Below, piece by piece: positions 1-15,000 of a DNA stretch of 64,000 nucleotides. Both the position numbers and the translations under genes were made by a program. Numbering within the stretch: position 1 is the first letter of the stretch; each line of letters starts with the position of its first letter. Where the stretch lies: NCBI GenBank assembly GCA_965655095.1, contig OZ296651.1, positions 5,518,001-5,582,000 on the forward strand, in the 5' to 3' direction. The notes under the pieces were generated by a model, which had not been told where the DNA came from, made no database searches, and was given only the letters and a program-made list of their open reading frames with translations. This DNA comes from Haplodiscus bocki. Lineage: Eukaryota.

Positions 1-3000
1 GGTTCGGAAAAGTGTTCGGAGCAGCTATTTTATGGATACTCGAGTGCGGTGGCATCGCATATTCGCACTACACAAGGCGCTCACAAATCTGCAACACTGA
101 ATCTGCGTGACGTTAGCCTTTTTTTGGAAAAGGAAGAAAAAGTCCACTGCTGCATTGCTTTTCTTCGTTTTGAAAAGTTTTTTCGACGGAAAATAATGAG
201 TTTGATCCTGAGAGGTTGTACATTGACTTTAACGCCTGTGTAAAAGTCGAAAATGAAGTCATTTTCAGTTTTCACTACTTTAGGTTTTCCATGTCGATTC
301 CGATGCGAGTTACAAACCTCACGCTTCTTTTCTCTACGGGCCTTCTATAAATTGAGTGTTGTCTAGGAACTTGTTGGTTGATTGTCAGTCTGTATTCTCA
401 GTGCAAATTGAAATTCTTTCGTTGCTTTTTCTACTTCTAGGCTTTAGGGGTAAATCGGGGCTCTGATGCAAATAAAAAAATCCGAGGTTTTTTCTGGAAA
501 AACTTTGATAGTGGAAAGTCAGCCGGTTGTTTTGGAGGGAAAATATAGGTATCGATGAAAACCACTAATTTTGCCGTTTTTGGCAGATAAAGCTTGCAAT
601 GCAGACAAGATGTTTCGGACTATGTTTTTTGAGTAAACCATTCGTAAAGAAGAATGTCGACTGGGACCTTGATAAGGGAAATCCAGTCAGTAATTTTGAA
701 GAATTGTAAGTTTGGCTTCCGCGGAGATTTAATACTTCATTTCTTCGCAATATCCTGTCATCAGTTTTCCTATGCAATTAACCAACCGAAGCTTTAATGT
801 ACAAACTTTCTGCAAGTAGAGAGATTCCGATTTGGACTGTGATGAAAGTAATCTAGCTCGTAGTTTTTGAAGGAAAGTAGTTTGAATATTAAAAACAATC
901 ATGCACGAACGAAAATTTTCACAATATAGGCTTTTCTGAGGTTTCGCTACAAAGGTGCAAAACCAGGATGTATAATTGAATCGTTAGTGGAGGAAGTCGT
1001 GCTGTTTTCCGGAGAATAGTGTGGTTGCATTTTGGGGGAATGTTATTGCTCTCTGCACTTGTTGACATAATATTTCTACAAACTTTTCGATGCCACGAAA
1101 CTGACCGAACTTTTTATTTTTCATACCCTCTACCTGCAGAAAATCGACTGAGACGTTGACAGTGGAAAATTATGTTTCTTCTCGAGGACAATCATTACTT
1201 ATTGCAATTTAAGGCGGTTTCATTCCCTCAGTTTTGCGATAGATGGAACTTAAGACAAGATAGTCTGTTTCCGAACGACGTCCTGCAAGTAGAAAAGGCA
1301 GATTTGGATTCTTTTGAAGAAATTTTCAGCTACTTGCTGAGAAAATTTACTTCATAAACTGAGAATGCACAAATGCCTTTTCAACAATTGGCCTCTTCCT
1401 CGTATGAAATTGTGGTACCACGACCAAAAGAGTTTCATTGAAATACCTTCTGCAAGTTCAAAACTGTCGACTGAGACCTTGGTGGGAGAGTTCCAATTGG
1501 CAGTCTGGCAGGAATGTGATTCTGAATAGCGAGATCAAAAAATACCATGTTTTTGGGCTTGTCGATCTATAGGGACTACAGATTGATATGGTCAAGGCCA
1601 AGTTTTTTGTTTCAGTTTCGATGAACGAACAATATTCAGATGATTGCAGCAGTTTCAAAAATCCAAAATTTTCAGACACTCGGAAGATTTGTCCGTTTTT
1701 TGTTTTAAAAAGCATCAATCCATACCTTCCCTCAACTTTTTGAGGAAGTTTTTCTGAAAGTTTCTGAGGTTCGGTTATATTTCGACTTCTCCGAAAATTT
1801 TAACCTCTTTATGAAAAAAATGATTTGCATTCACAAAACTTGTCGTGTCAAAGTTCGATGGAAAAAAGGAGAATCTTTGGAAAGCGAAAGTAAATTGTTG
1901 GACAACCCCAGACGTAATCGAGGAGAACATCTTATTTTGATACGAAAGAATCCCACAATGTATGAAACGTATGTGAAAAAAAATCGGTTCGGAAAAGTGT
2001 TCGGAGCCGCTATTTTAGGGATACTCGAGTGCGGTGACATCGCATATTCGCACTACACAAGGCGCTCACAAATCTGCAACACTGAATCTGCGTGACGTTA
2101 GCCTTTTTTTGGAAAAGGAAGAAAAAGTTCACTGCTTCATTGCTTTTCTTCGTTTTGAAAAGTTTTTTCGACGAAAAATAATGATGATCCTGAGAGGTTG
2201 TACATTGACTTTAACGCCTGTGTAAAAGTCGAAAATGAAGTCATTTTCAGTTTTCACTACTTTAGGTTTTCCATGTCGATTCCGATGCGAGTTACAAACC
2301 TCACGCTTCTTTTCTCTACGGGCCTTCTATAAATTGAGTGTTGTCTAGGAACTTGTTGGTTGATTGTCAGTCTGTATTCTCAGTGCAAATTGAAATTCTT
2401 TCGTTGCTTTTTCTACTTCTAGGCTTTAGGGGTAAATCGGGGCTCTGATGCAAATAAAAAAATCCGAGGTTTTTTCTGGAAAAACTTTGATAGTGGAAAG
2501 TCAGCCGGTTGTTTTGGAGGGAAAATATAGGTATCGATGAAAACCACTAATTTTGCCGTTTTTGGCAGATAAAGCTTGCAATGCAGACAAGATGTTTCGG
2601 ACTATGTTTTTTGAGTAAACCATTCGTAAAGAAGAATGTCGACTGGGACCTTGATAAGGGAAATCCAGTCAGTAATTTTGAAGAATTGTAAGTTTGGCTT
2701 CCGCGGAGATTTAATACTTCATTTCTTCGCAATATCCTGTCATCAGTTTTCCTATGCAATTAACCAACCGAAGCTTTAATGTACAAACTTTCTGCAAGTA
2801 GAGAGATTCCGATTTGGACTGTGATGAAAGTAATCTAGCTCGTAGTTTTTGAAGGAAAGTAGTTTGAATATTAAAAACAATCATGCACGAACGAAAATTT
2901 TCACAATATAGGCTTTTCTGAGGTTTCGCTACAAAGGTGCAAAACCAGGATGTATAATTGAATCGTTAGTGGAGGAAGTCGTGCTGTTTTCCGGAGAATA

Positions 3001-6000
3001 GTGTGGTTGCATTTTGGGGGAATGTTATTGCTCTCTGCACTTGTTGACATAATATTTCTACAAACTTTTCGATGCCACGAAACTGACCGAACTTTTTATT
3101 TTTCATACCCTCTACCTGCAGAAAATCGACTGAGACGTTGACAGTGGAAAATTATGTTTCTTCTCGAGGACAATCATTACTTATTGCAATTTAAGGCGGT
3201 TTCATTCCCTCAGTTTTGCGATAGATGGAACTTAAGACAAGATAGTCTGTTTCCGAACGACGTCCTGCAAGTAGAAAAGGCAGATTTGGATTCTTTTGAA
3301 GAAATTTTCAGCTACTTGCTGAGAAAATTTACTTCATAAACTGAGAATGCACAAATGCCTTTTCAACAATTGGCCTCTTCCTCGTATGAAATTGTGGTAC
3401 CACGACCAAAAGAGTTTCATTGAAATACCTTCTGCAAGTTCAAAACTGTCGACTGAGACCTTGGTGGGAGAGTTCCAATTGGCAGTCTGGCAGGAATGTG
3501 ATTCTGAATAGCGAGATCAAAAAATACCATGTTTTTGGGCTTGTCGATCTATAGGGACTACAGATTGATATGGTCAAGGCCAAGTTTTTTGTTTGAGTTT
3601 CGATGAACGAACAATATTCAGATGATTGCAGCAGTTTCAAAAATCCAAAATTTTCAGACACTCGGAAGATTTGTCCGTTTTTTGTTTTAAAAAGCATCAA
3701 TCCATACCTTCCCTCAACTTTTTGAGGAAGTTTTTCTGAAAGTTTCTGAGGTTCGGTTATATTTCGACTTCTCCGAAAATTTTAACCTCTTTATGAAAAA
3801 AATGATTTGCATTCACAAAACTTGTCGTGTCAAAGTTCGATGGAAAAAAGGAGAATCTTTGGAAAGCGAAAGTAAATTGTTGGACAACCCCAGACGTAAT
3901 CGAGGAGAACATCTTATTTTGATACGAAAGAATCCCACAATGTCTGAAACTTTTGTAAAAAAAAATCGGTTCGGAAAAGTGTTCGGAGCAGCTATTTTAG
4001 GGATACTCGAGTGCGGTGGCATCGCATATTCGCACTACACAAGGCGCTCACAAATCTGCAACACTGAATCTGCGTGACGTTAGCCTTTTTTTGGAAAAGG
4101 AAGAGAAAGTCCACTGCTGCATTGCTTTTCTTCGTTTTGAAAAGTTTTTTCGACGGAAAATAATGAGTTTGATCCTGAGAGGTTGTACATTGACTTTAAC
4201 GCCTGTGTAAAAGTCGAAAATGAAGTCATTTTCAGTTTTCACTACTTTAGGTTTTCCATGTCGATTCCGATGCGAGTTACAAACCTCACGCTTCTTTTCT
4301 CTACGGGCCTTCTATAAATTGAGTGTTGTCTAGGAACTTGTTGGTTGATTGTCAGTCTGTATTCTCAGTGCAAATTGAAATTCTTTCGTTGCTTTTTCTA
4401 CTTCTAGGCTTTATGGGTAAATCGGGGCTCTGATGCAAATAAAAAAATCCGAGGTTTTTTCTGGAAAAACTTTGATAGTGGAAAGTCAGCCGGTTGTTTT
4501 GGAGGGAAAATATAGGTATCGATGAAAACCACTAATTTTGCCGTTTTTGGCAGATAAAGCTTGCAATGCAGACAAGATCTTTCGGACTATGTTTTTTGAG
4601 TAAACCATTCGTAAAGAAGAATGTCGACTGGGACCTTGATAAGGGAAATCCAGTCAGTAATTTTGAAGAATTGTAAGTTTGGCTTCCGCGGAGATTTAAT
4701 ACTTCATTTCTTCGCAATATCCGGTCATCAGTTTTCCTATGCAATTAACCAACCGAAGCTTTGATGTACAAACTTTCTGCAAGTAGAGAGATTCCGATTT
4801 GGACTGTGATGAAAGTAATCTAGCTCGTAGTTTTTGAAGGAAAGTAGTTTGAATATTAAAAACAATCATGCACGAACGAAAATTTTCACAATATAGGCTT
4901 TTCTGAGGTTTCGCTACAAAGGTGCAAAACCAGGATGTATAATTGAATCGTTAGTGGAGGAAGTCGTGCTGTTTTCCGGAGAATAGTGTGGTTGCATTTT
5001 GGGGGAATGTTATTGCTCTCTGCACTTGTTGACATAATATTTCTACAAACTTTTCGATGCCACGAAACTGACCGAACTTTTTATTTTTCATACCCTCTAC
5101 CTGCAGAAAATCGACTGAGACGTTGACAGTGGAAAATTATGTTTCTTCTCGAGGACAATCATTACTTATTGCAATTTAAGGCGGTTTCATTCCCTCAGTT
5201 TTGCGATGGATGGAACTTAAGACAAGATGGTCTGTTTTCGAACGACGTCCTGCAAGTAGAAAAGGCAGATTTGGATTCTTTTGAAGAAATTTTCAGCTAC
5301 TTGCTGAGAAAATTTACTTCATAAACTGAGAATGCACAAATGCATTTTCAACAATTGGCCTCTTCCTCGTATGAAATTGTGGTACCACGACCAAAAGAGT
5401 TTCATTGAAATACCTTCTGCAAGTTCAAAACTGTCGACTGAGACCTTGGTGGGAGAGTTCCAATTGGCAGTCTGGCAGGAATGTGCTTCTGAATAGCGAG
5501 ATCAAAAAATACCATGTTTTTGGGCTTGTCGATCTATAGGGACTACAGATTGATATGGTCAATGCCAAGTTTTTTGTTTGAGTTTCGATGAACGAACAAT
5601 ATTCAGATGATTGCAGCAGTTTCAAAAATCCAAAATTTTCAGACACTCGGAAGATTTGTCCGTTTTTTGTTTTAAAAAGCATCAATCCATACCTTCTCTC
5701 AACTTTTTGAGGAAGTTTTTTTGAGGAAGTTTCTGAGGTTCGGTTATCTTTCGACATCTCCGAAAATTTTAACCTCTTCATGAAAAAATGATTTGCATTC
5801 ACAAAATTTGTCGTGTCAAAGTTCGATGGAAAAAAGGAGAATCTTCGGAAAGCGAAAATTAATTGTTGGACAACCCCAGACGTAATCGAGGACAACATCT
5901 TATTTTGATACGAAAGAATCCCACAATGTATGAAACTTTTGTAAAAAAAAATCGGTTCGGAAATGTGTTCGGAGCAGCTATTTTAGGGATACTCGAGTGC

Positions 6001-9000
6001 AGTGACATCGCATATTCGCACTACAGAAGGCGCTCACAAATCTGCAACACGGAATCTGCGTGACCTTAGCCTTTTTTTGGAAAAGGAAGAAAAATTTCAC
6101 TGCTGCATTGCTTTTCTTCGTTTTGAAAAGTTTTTTCGACGGAAAATAATGAGTTTGATCCTGAGAGGTTGTACTTTGACTTTAACGCCTGTGTAAAAGT
6201 CAAAAGTGAAGTCATTTTCAGTTTTCACTACTTTAGATTTTCCATGTCGCTTCCGATGCGAGTTACAAACCTGACGCTTCTTTTCTCTACGGGCCTTCTA
6301 CAAAATGCGTGTTGTCTAGGAACTTGTTGGTTGATTGTCAGTCTATATTCTCAGAGCAAATTGAAATTCCTTCGTTGCTTTTTCTACTTCTAGGCTTTAT
6401 GGATAAATCGGGACTCTGATGCAAAATAAAAAAATCCGGGGTTTTATCTGGTAAAACGTTGTTAGCGGAAAGTCAGCCGGTTGTTTTGGAGGGAAAATAT
6501 AGGTATCGATGAAAACCACTAATTTTGCCATTTTTGGCAGATAAAGCTTGCACTGCAGACAAGATCTTTCGGACTATGTTTTTTGAGTAAACCATACGTA
6601 AAGAAGAATGTCGACTGGGACCTTGATAAGGGAAATCCAGTCAGTAATTTTGAAGAATTGTAAGTTTGGCTTCCGCGGAGATTTAATACTTCATTTCTTC
6701 GCAATATCCGGTCATCGGTTTTCCGATGCAATTAACCAACCGAAGCTTTATTGTACAAACCTTCTGCTACTGGAGAGATTCCGATTTGGACTATGATGAA
6801 ACTAATCTAGCTCGTTGTTTTTGAAGGAAAGGAGTTTGAATATTAAAAACAATCATGCACTAACGGAAATTTTCGCAATATAGGCTTTTCTGAGGTTTCG
6901 CTACAAAGGTGCAAAACCAGGATGTATAATTGAATCGTTAGTGGAGGAAGTCGTGCTGTTTTCCGGAGATTAGTGTGGTTGCATTTTGGGGGAATGTTAT
7001 TGCTCTCTGCACTTGTTGACATAATATTTCTACAAACTTTTCGATGCCACGAAACTGACCGAACTTTTTATTTTTCATACCCTCTACCTGCAGAAAATCG
7101 ACTGAGACGTTGACAGTGGAAAATTATGTTTCTTCTCGAGGACAATCATTACTTATTGCAATTTAAGGCGGTTTCATTCCCTCAGTTTTGCGATGGATGG
7201 AACTTAAGACAAGATGGTCTGTTTTCGAACGACGTCCTGCAAGTAGAAAAGGCAGATTTGGATTCTTTTGAAGAAATTTTCAGCTACTTGCTGAGAAAAT
7301 TTACTTCATAAACTGAGAATGCACAAATGCATTTTCAACAATTGGCCTCTTCCTCGTATGAAATTGTGGTACCACGACCAAAAGAGTTTCATTGAAATAC
7401 CTTCTGCAAGTTCAAAACTGTCGACTGAGACCTTGGTGGGAGAGTTCCAATTGGTAGTCTGGCAGGAATGTGATTTTGAATAGCGAGATCAAAAAATGCC
7501 ATGTTTTCGGGCTTGTCGATCTTTAGGGACTACATATTGATATGGTCAATGCCAAGTTTTTTGTTTGAGTTTTGATGAACGAACAATATTCAAATGATTG
7601 CAGCAGTTTCAAAATTCCAAAATTTTCAGACACTCGGAAGATTTGTCCGTTTTTTGTTTTAAAAAGCATCAATCCATACCTTCTCTCAACTTTTTGAGGA
7701 AGTTTTTGTGAAAGTTTCTGAGGTTCGGTTATCTTTCGACATCTCCGAAAATTTTAACCTCTTTATGAAAAAAATGATTTGCATTCACAAAATTTGTCGT
7801 GTCAAAGTTCGATGGAAAAGAGGAGAATCTTTGGAAAGCGAAAGTAAATTGTTGGACAACCCCAGACGTAATCGAGGAGAACATCTTATTTTGATACGAA
7901 AGAATCCCACAATGTATGAAACTTTTGTAAAAAAAAATCGGTTCGGAAAAATGTTCGGAGCAGCTATTTTATGGATACTCGAGTGCGGTGGCATCGCATA
8001 TTCGCACTACACAAGGCGCTCACAAATCTGCAACACTGAATCTGCGTGACGTTAGCCTTTTTTTGGAAAAGGAAGAAAAAGTCCACTGCTGCATTGCTTT
8101 TCTTCGTTTTGAAAAGTTTTTTGGACGGAAAATAATGAGTTTGATCCTGAGAGGTTGTACATTGACTTTAACGCCTGTGTAAAAGTCGAAAATGAAGTCA
8201 TTTTCAGTTTTCACTACTTTAGGTTTTCCATGTCGATTCCGATGCGAGTTACAAACCTCACGCTTCTTTTCTCTACGGGCCTTCTATAAATTGAGTGTTG
8301 TCTAGGAACTTGTTGGTTGATTGTCAGTGTGTATTCTCAGTGCAAATTGAAATTCTTTCGTTGCTTTTTCTACTTCTAGGCTTTATGGGTAAATCGGGGC
8401 TCTGATGCAAATAAAAAAATCCGAGGTTTTTTCTGGAAAAACTTTGATAGCGGAAAGTCAGCCGGTTGTTTTGGAGGGAAAATATAGGTATCGATGAAAA
8501 CCACTAATTTTGCCGTTTTTGGCAGATAAAGCTTGCAATGCAGACAAGATATTTCGGACTATGTTTTTTGAGTAAACCATTCGTAAAGAAGAATGTCGAC
8601 TGGGACCTTGATAAGGGAAATCCAGTCAGTAATTTTGAAGAATTGTAAGTTTGGCTTCCGCGGAGATTTAATACTTCATTTCTTCGCAATATCCGGTCAT
8701 CAGTTTTCCTATGCAATTAACCAACCGAAGCTTTAATGTACAAACTTTCTGCAAGTAGAGAGATTCCGATTTGGACTGTGATGAAAGTAATCTAGCTCGT
8801 AGTTTTTGAAGGAAAGTAGTTTGAATATTAAAAACAATCATGCACGAACGAAAATTTTCACAATATAGGCTTTTCTGAGGTTTCGCTACAAAGGTGCAAA
8901 ACCAGGATGTATAATTGAATCGTTAGTGGAGGAAGTCGTGCTGTTTTCCGGAGAATAGTGTGGTTGCATTTTGGGGGAATGTTATTGCTCTCTGCACTTG

Positions 9001-12000
9001 TTGACATAATATTTCTACAAACTTTTCGATGCCACGAAACTGACCGAACTTTTTATTTTTCATACCCTCTACCTGCAGAAAATCGACTGAGACGTTGACA
9101 GTGGAAAATTATGTTTCTTCTCGAGGACAATCATTACTTATTGCAATTTAAGGCGGTTTCATTCCCTCAGTTTTGCGATGGATGGAACTTAAGACAAGAT
9201 AGTCTGTTTCCGAACGACGTCCTGCAAGTAGAAAAGGCAGATTTGGATTCTTTTGAAGAAATTTTCAGCTACTTGCTGAGAAAATTTACTTCATAAACTG
9301 AGAATGCACAAATGCATTTTCAACAATTGGCCTCTTCCTCGTATGAAATTGTGGTACCACGACCAAAAGAGTTTCATTGAAATACCTTCTGCAAGTTCAA
9401 AACTGTCGACTGAGACCTTGGTGGGAGAGTTCCAATTGGCAGTCTGGCAGGAATGTGATTTTGAATAGCGAGATCAAAAAATGCCATGTTTTCGGGCTTG
9501 TCGATCTTTAGGGACTACATATTGATATGGTCAATGCCAAGTTTTTTGTTTGAGTTTTGATGAACGAACAATATTCAAATGATTGCAGCAGTTTCAAAAT
9601 TCCAAAATTTTCAGACACTCGGAAGATTTGTCCGTTTTTTGTTTTAAAAAGGATCAATCCATACCTTCTCTCAACTTTTTGAGGAAGTTTTTGTGGAAGT
9701 TTCTGAGGTTCGGTTATCTTTCGACTTCTCCGAAAATTTTAACCTCTTTATGAAAAAAATGATTTGCATTCACAAAATTTGTCGTGTCAAAGTTCGATGG
9801 AAAAGAGGAGAATCTTTGGAAAGCGAAAGTAAATTGTTGGACAACCCCAGACGTAATCGAGGAGAACATCTTATTTTGATACGAAAGAATCCCACAATGT
9901 ATGAAACTTTTGTAAAAAAAATCGGTTCGGAAAAATGTTCGGAGCAGCTATTTTATGGATACTCGAGTGCGGTGGCATCGCATATTCGCACTACACAAGG
10001 CGCTCACAAATCTGCAACACTGAATCTGCGTGACGTTAGCCTTTTTTTGGAAAAGGAAGAAAAAGTCCACTGCTGCATTGCTTTTCTTCGTTTTGAAAAG
10101 TTTTTTCGACGGAAAATAATGAGTTTGATCCTGAGAGGTTGTACATTGACTTTAACGCCTGTGTAAAAGTCGAAAATGAAGTCATTTTCAGTTTTCACTA
10201 CTTTAGGTTTTCCATGTCGATTCCGATGCGAGTTACAAACCTCACGCTTCTTTTCTCTACGGGCCTTCTATAAATTGAGTGTTGTCTAGGAACTTGTTGG
10301 TTGATTGTCAGTGTGTATTCTCAGTGCAAATTGAAATTCTTTCGTTGCTTTTTCTACTTCTAGGCTTTATGGGTAAATCGGGGCTCTGATGCAAATAAAA
10401 AAATCCGAGGTTTTTTCTGGAAAAACTTTGATAGCGGAAAGTCAGCCGGTTGTTTTGGAGGGAAAATATAGGTATCGATGAAAACCACTAATTTTGCCGT
10501 TTTTGGCAGATAAAGCTTGCAATGCAGACAAGATATTTCGGACTATGTTTTTTGAGTAAACCATTCGTAAAGAAGAATGTCGACTGGGACCTTGATAAGG
10601 GAAATCCAGTCAGTAATTTTGAAGAATTGTAAGTTTGGCTTCCGCGGAGATTTAATACTTCATTTCTTCGCAATATCCGGTCATCAGTTTTCCTATGCAA
10701 TTAACCAACCGAAGCTTTAATGTACAAACTTTCTGCAAGTAGAGAGATTCCGATTTGGACTGTGATGAAAGTAATCTAGCTCGTAGTTTTTGAAGGAAAG
10801 TAGTTTGAATATTAAAAACAATCATGCACGAACGAAAATTTTCACAATATAGGCTTTTCTGAGGTTTCGCTACAAAGGTGCAAAACCAGGATGTATAATT
10901 GAATCGTTAGTGGAGGAAGTCGTGCTGTTTTCCGGAGAATAGTGTGGTTGCATTTTGGGGGAATGTTATTGCTCTCTGCACTTGTTGACATAATATTTCT
11001 ACAAACTTTTCGATGCCACGAAACTGACCGAACTTTTTATTTTTCATACCCTCTACCTGCAGAAAATCGACTGAGACGTTGACAGTGGAAAATTATGTTT
11101 CTTCTCGAGGACAATCATTACTTATTGCAATTTAAGGCGGTTTCATTCCCTCAGTTTTGCGATGGATGGAACTTAAGACAAGATAGTCTGTTTCCGAACG
11201 GCGTCCTGCAAGTAGAAAAGGCAGATTTGGATTCTTTTGAAGAAATTTTCAGCTACTTGCTGAGAAAATTTACTTCATAAACTGAGAATGCACAAATGCA
11301 TTTTCAACAATTGGCCTCTTCCTCGTATGAAATTGTGGTACCACGACCAAAAGAGTTTCATTGAAATACCTTCTGCAAGTTCAAAACTGTCGACTGAGAC
11401 CTTGGTGGGAGAGTTCCAATTGGCAGTCTGGCAGGAATGTGATTTTGAATAGCGAGATCAAAAAATGCCATGTTTTCGGGCTTGTCGATCTTTAGGGACT
11501 ACATATTGATATGGTCAATGCCAAGTTTTTTGTTTGAGTTTTGATGAACGAACAATATTCAAATGATTGCAGCAGTTTCAAAATTCCAAAATTTTCAGAC
11601 ACTCGGAAGATTTGTCCGTTTTTTGTTTTAAAAAGGATCAATCCATACCTTCTCTCAACTTTTTGAGGAAGTTTTTGTGGAAGTTTCTGAGGTTCGGTTA
11701 TCTTTCGACTTCTCCGAAAATTTTAACCTCTTTATGAAAAAAATGATTTGCATTCACAAAATTTGTCGTGTCAAAGTTCGATGGAAAAAAGGAGAATCTT
11801 TGGAAAGCGAAAGTAAATTGTTGGACAACCCCAGACGTAATCGAGGAGAACATCTTATTTTGATACGAAAGAATCCCACAATGTATGAAACTTTTGTAAA
11901 AAAAAAATCGGTTCGGAAAAGTGTTCGGAGCAGCTATTTTAGGGATACTCGAGTGCGGTGGCATCGCATATTCGCACTACACAAGGCGCTCACAAATCTG

Positions 12001-15000
12001 CAACACTGAATCTGCGTGAGGTTAGCCTTTTTTTTGGAAAAGGAAGAAAAAGTCCACTGCTGCATTGCTTTTCTTCGTTTTGAAAAGTTTTTTCGACGGA
12101 AAATAATGAGTTTGATCCTGAGAGGTTGTACATTGACTTTAACGCCTGTGTAAAAGTCGAAATTGAAGTCATTTTCAGTTTTCACTACTTTAGGTTTTCC
12201 ATGTCGATTCCGATGCGAGTTACAAACCTCACGCTTCTCTTCTCTACGGGCCTTCTATAAATTGAGTGTTGTCTAGGAACTTGTTGGTTGATTGTCAGTC
12301 TGTATTCTCAGTGCAAATTGAAATTCTTTCGTTGCTTTTTCTACTTCTAGGCTTTATGGGTAAATCGGGGCTCTGATGCAAATAAAAAAATCCGAGGTTT
12401 TTTCTGGAAAAACTTTGATAGCGGAAAGTCAGCCGGTTGTTTTGGAGGGAAAATATAGGTATCGATGAAAACCACTAATTTTGCCGTTTTTGGCAGATAA
12501 AGCTTGCAATGCAGACAAGATCTTTCGGACTATGTTTTTTGAGTAAACCATTCGTAAAGAAGAATGTCGACTGGGACCTTGATAAGGGAAATCCAGTCAG
12601 TAATTTTGAAGAATTGTAAGTTTGGCTTCCGCGGAGATTTAATACTTCATTTCTTCGCAATATCCGGTCATCAGTTTTCCTATGCAATTAACCAACCGAA
12701 GCTTTAATGTACAAACTTTCTGCAAGTAGAGAGATTCCGATTTGGACTGTGATGAAAGTAATCTAGCTCGTAGTTTTTGAAGGAAAGTAGTTTGAATATT
12801 AAAAACAATCATGCACGAACGAAAATTTTCACAATATAGGCTTTTCTGAGGTTTCGCTACAAAGGTGCAAAACCAGGATGTATAATTGAATCGTTAGTGG
12901 AGGAAGTCGTGCTGTTTTCCGGAGAATAGTGTGGTTGCATTTTGGGGGAATGTTATTGCTCTCTGCACTTGTTGACATAATATTTCTACAAACTTTTCGA
13001 TGCCACGAAACTGACCGAACTTTTTATTTTTCATACCCTCTACCTGCAGAAAATCGACTGAGACGTTGACAGTGGAAAATTATGTTTCTTCTCGAGGACA
13101 ATCATTACTTTTTGCAATTTAATACTGTTTCATTCCCTCAGTTTTGCGATGGACGGAACTTAAGACAAGATAGTCTGTTTCCGAACGACGTCCTACAAGT
13201 AGAAAAGGCAGATTTGGATTCTTTTGAAGAAATTTTCAGCTGCTTGCTGAGAAAATTTACTTCATAAACTGAGAATGCACAAATGCATTTTCAACAATCG
13301 GCCTCTTCCTCGTATTAAATTGTGGTACCACGACCAAAAGAGTTTCATTGAAATACCTTCTGCAAGTTCAAAACTGTCGACTGAGACCTTGGTGGGAGAG
13401 TTCCAATTGGCAGTCTGGCAGGAATGTGATTCTGAATAGCGAGATCAAAAAATACCATGTTTTTGGGCTTGTCGATCTATAGGGACTACAGATTGATATG
13501 GTCAAGGCCAAGTTTTTTGTTTGAGTTTCGATGAACGAACAATATTCAGATGATTGCAGCAGTTTCAAAAATCCAAAATTTTCAGACACTCGGAAGATTT
13601 GTCCGTTTTTTGTTTTAAAAAGCATCAATCCATACCTTCTCTCAACTTTTTGAGGAAGTTTTTTTGAAAGTTTCTGAGGTTCGGTTATCTTTCGACATCT
13701 CCGAAAATTTTAACCTCTTCATGAAAAAATGATTTGCATTCACAAAATTTGTCGTGTCAAAGTTCGATGGAAAAAAGGAGAATCTTCGGAAAGCGAAAAT
13801 AAATTGTTGGACAACCCCAGACGTAATCGAGGAGAACATCTTATTTTGATACGAAAGAATCCCACAATGTATGAAACTTTTGTAAAAAAAAATCGGTTCG
13901 GAAATGTGTTCGGCGCAGCTATTTTAGGGATACTCGATCGAGTGCAGTGACATCGCATATTCGCACTACAGAAGGCGCTCACAAATCTGCAACACGGAAT
14001 CTGCGTGACCTTAGCCTTTTTTTGGAAAAGGAAGAAAAATTTCACTGCTGCATTGCTTTTCTTCGTTTTGAAAAGTTTTTTCGACGGAAAATAATGAGTT
14101 TGATCCTGAGAGGTTGTACTTTGACTTTAACGCCTGTGTAAAAGTCAAAAGTGAAGTCATTTTCAGTTTTCACTACTTTAGATTTTCCATGTCGCTTCCG
14201 ATGCGAGTTACAAACCTGACGCTTCTTTTCTCTACGGGCCTTCTACAAATTGCGTGTTGTCTAGGAACTTGTTGGTTGATTGTCAGTCTATATTCTCAGA
14301 GCAAATTGAAATTCCTTCGTTGCTTTTTCTACTTCTAGGCTTTATGGATAAATCGGGACTCTGATGCAAAATAAAAAAATCCGGGGTTTTATCTGGTAAA
14401 ACGTTGTTAGCGGAAAGTCAGCCGGTTGTTTTGGAGGGAAAATATAGGTATCGATGAAAACCACTAATTTTGCCGTTTTTGGCAGATAAAGCTTGCAATG
14501 CAGACAAGATATTTCGGACTATGTTTTTTGAGTAAACCATTCGTAAAGAAGAATGTCGACTGGGACCTTGATAAGGGAAATCCAGTCAGTAATTTTGAAG
14601 AATTGTAAGTTTGGCTTCCGCGGAGATTTAATACTTCATTTCTTCGCAATATCCGGTCATCAGTTTTCCTATGCAATTAACCAACCGAAGCTTTAATGTA
14701 CAAACTTTCTGCAAGTAGAGAGATTCCGATTTGGACTGTGATGAAAGTAATCTAGCTCGTAGTTTTTGAAGGAAAGTAGTTTGAATATTAAAAACAATCA
14801 TGCACGAACGAAAATTTTCACAATATAGGCTTTTCTGAGGTTTCGCTACAAAGGTGCAAAACCAGGATGTATAATTGAATCGTTAGTGGAGGAAGTCGTG
14901 CTGTTTTCCGGAGAATAGTGTGGTTGCATTTTGGGGGAATGTTATTGCTCTCTGCACTTGTTGACATAATATTTCTACAAACTTTTCGATGCCACGAAAC

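Noticed and set aside
640-1500. Plus-strand reading VDWDLDKGNP (DxDxDG/FG-GAP-like) with UGA read as Trp
   Set aside because: The aligned W position is TGA, TAA or TAG in most monomers, and many other TAA/TAG stops and frameshifts remain even with UGA=Trp. The opposite strand gives a cleaner motif.
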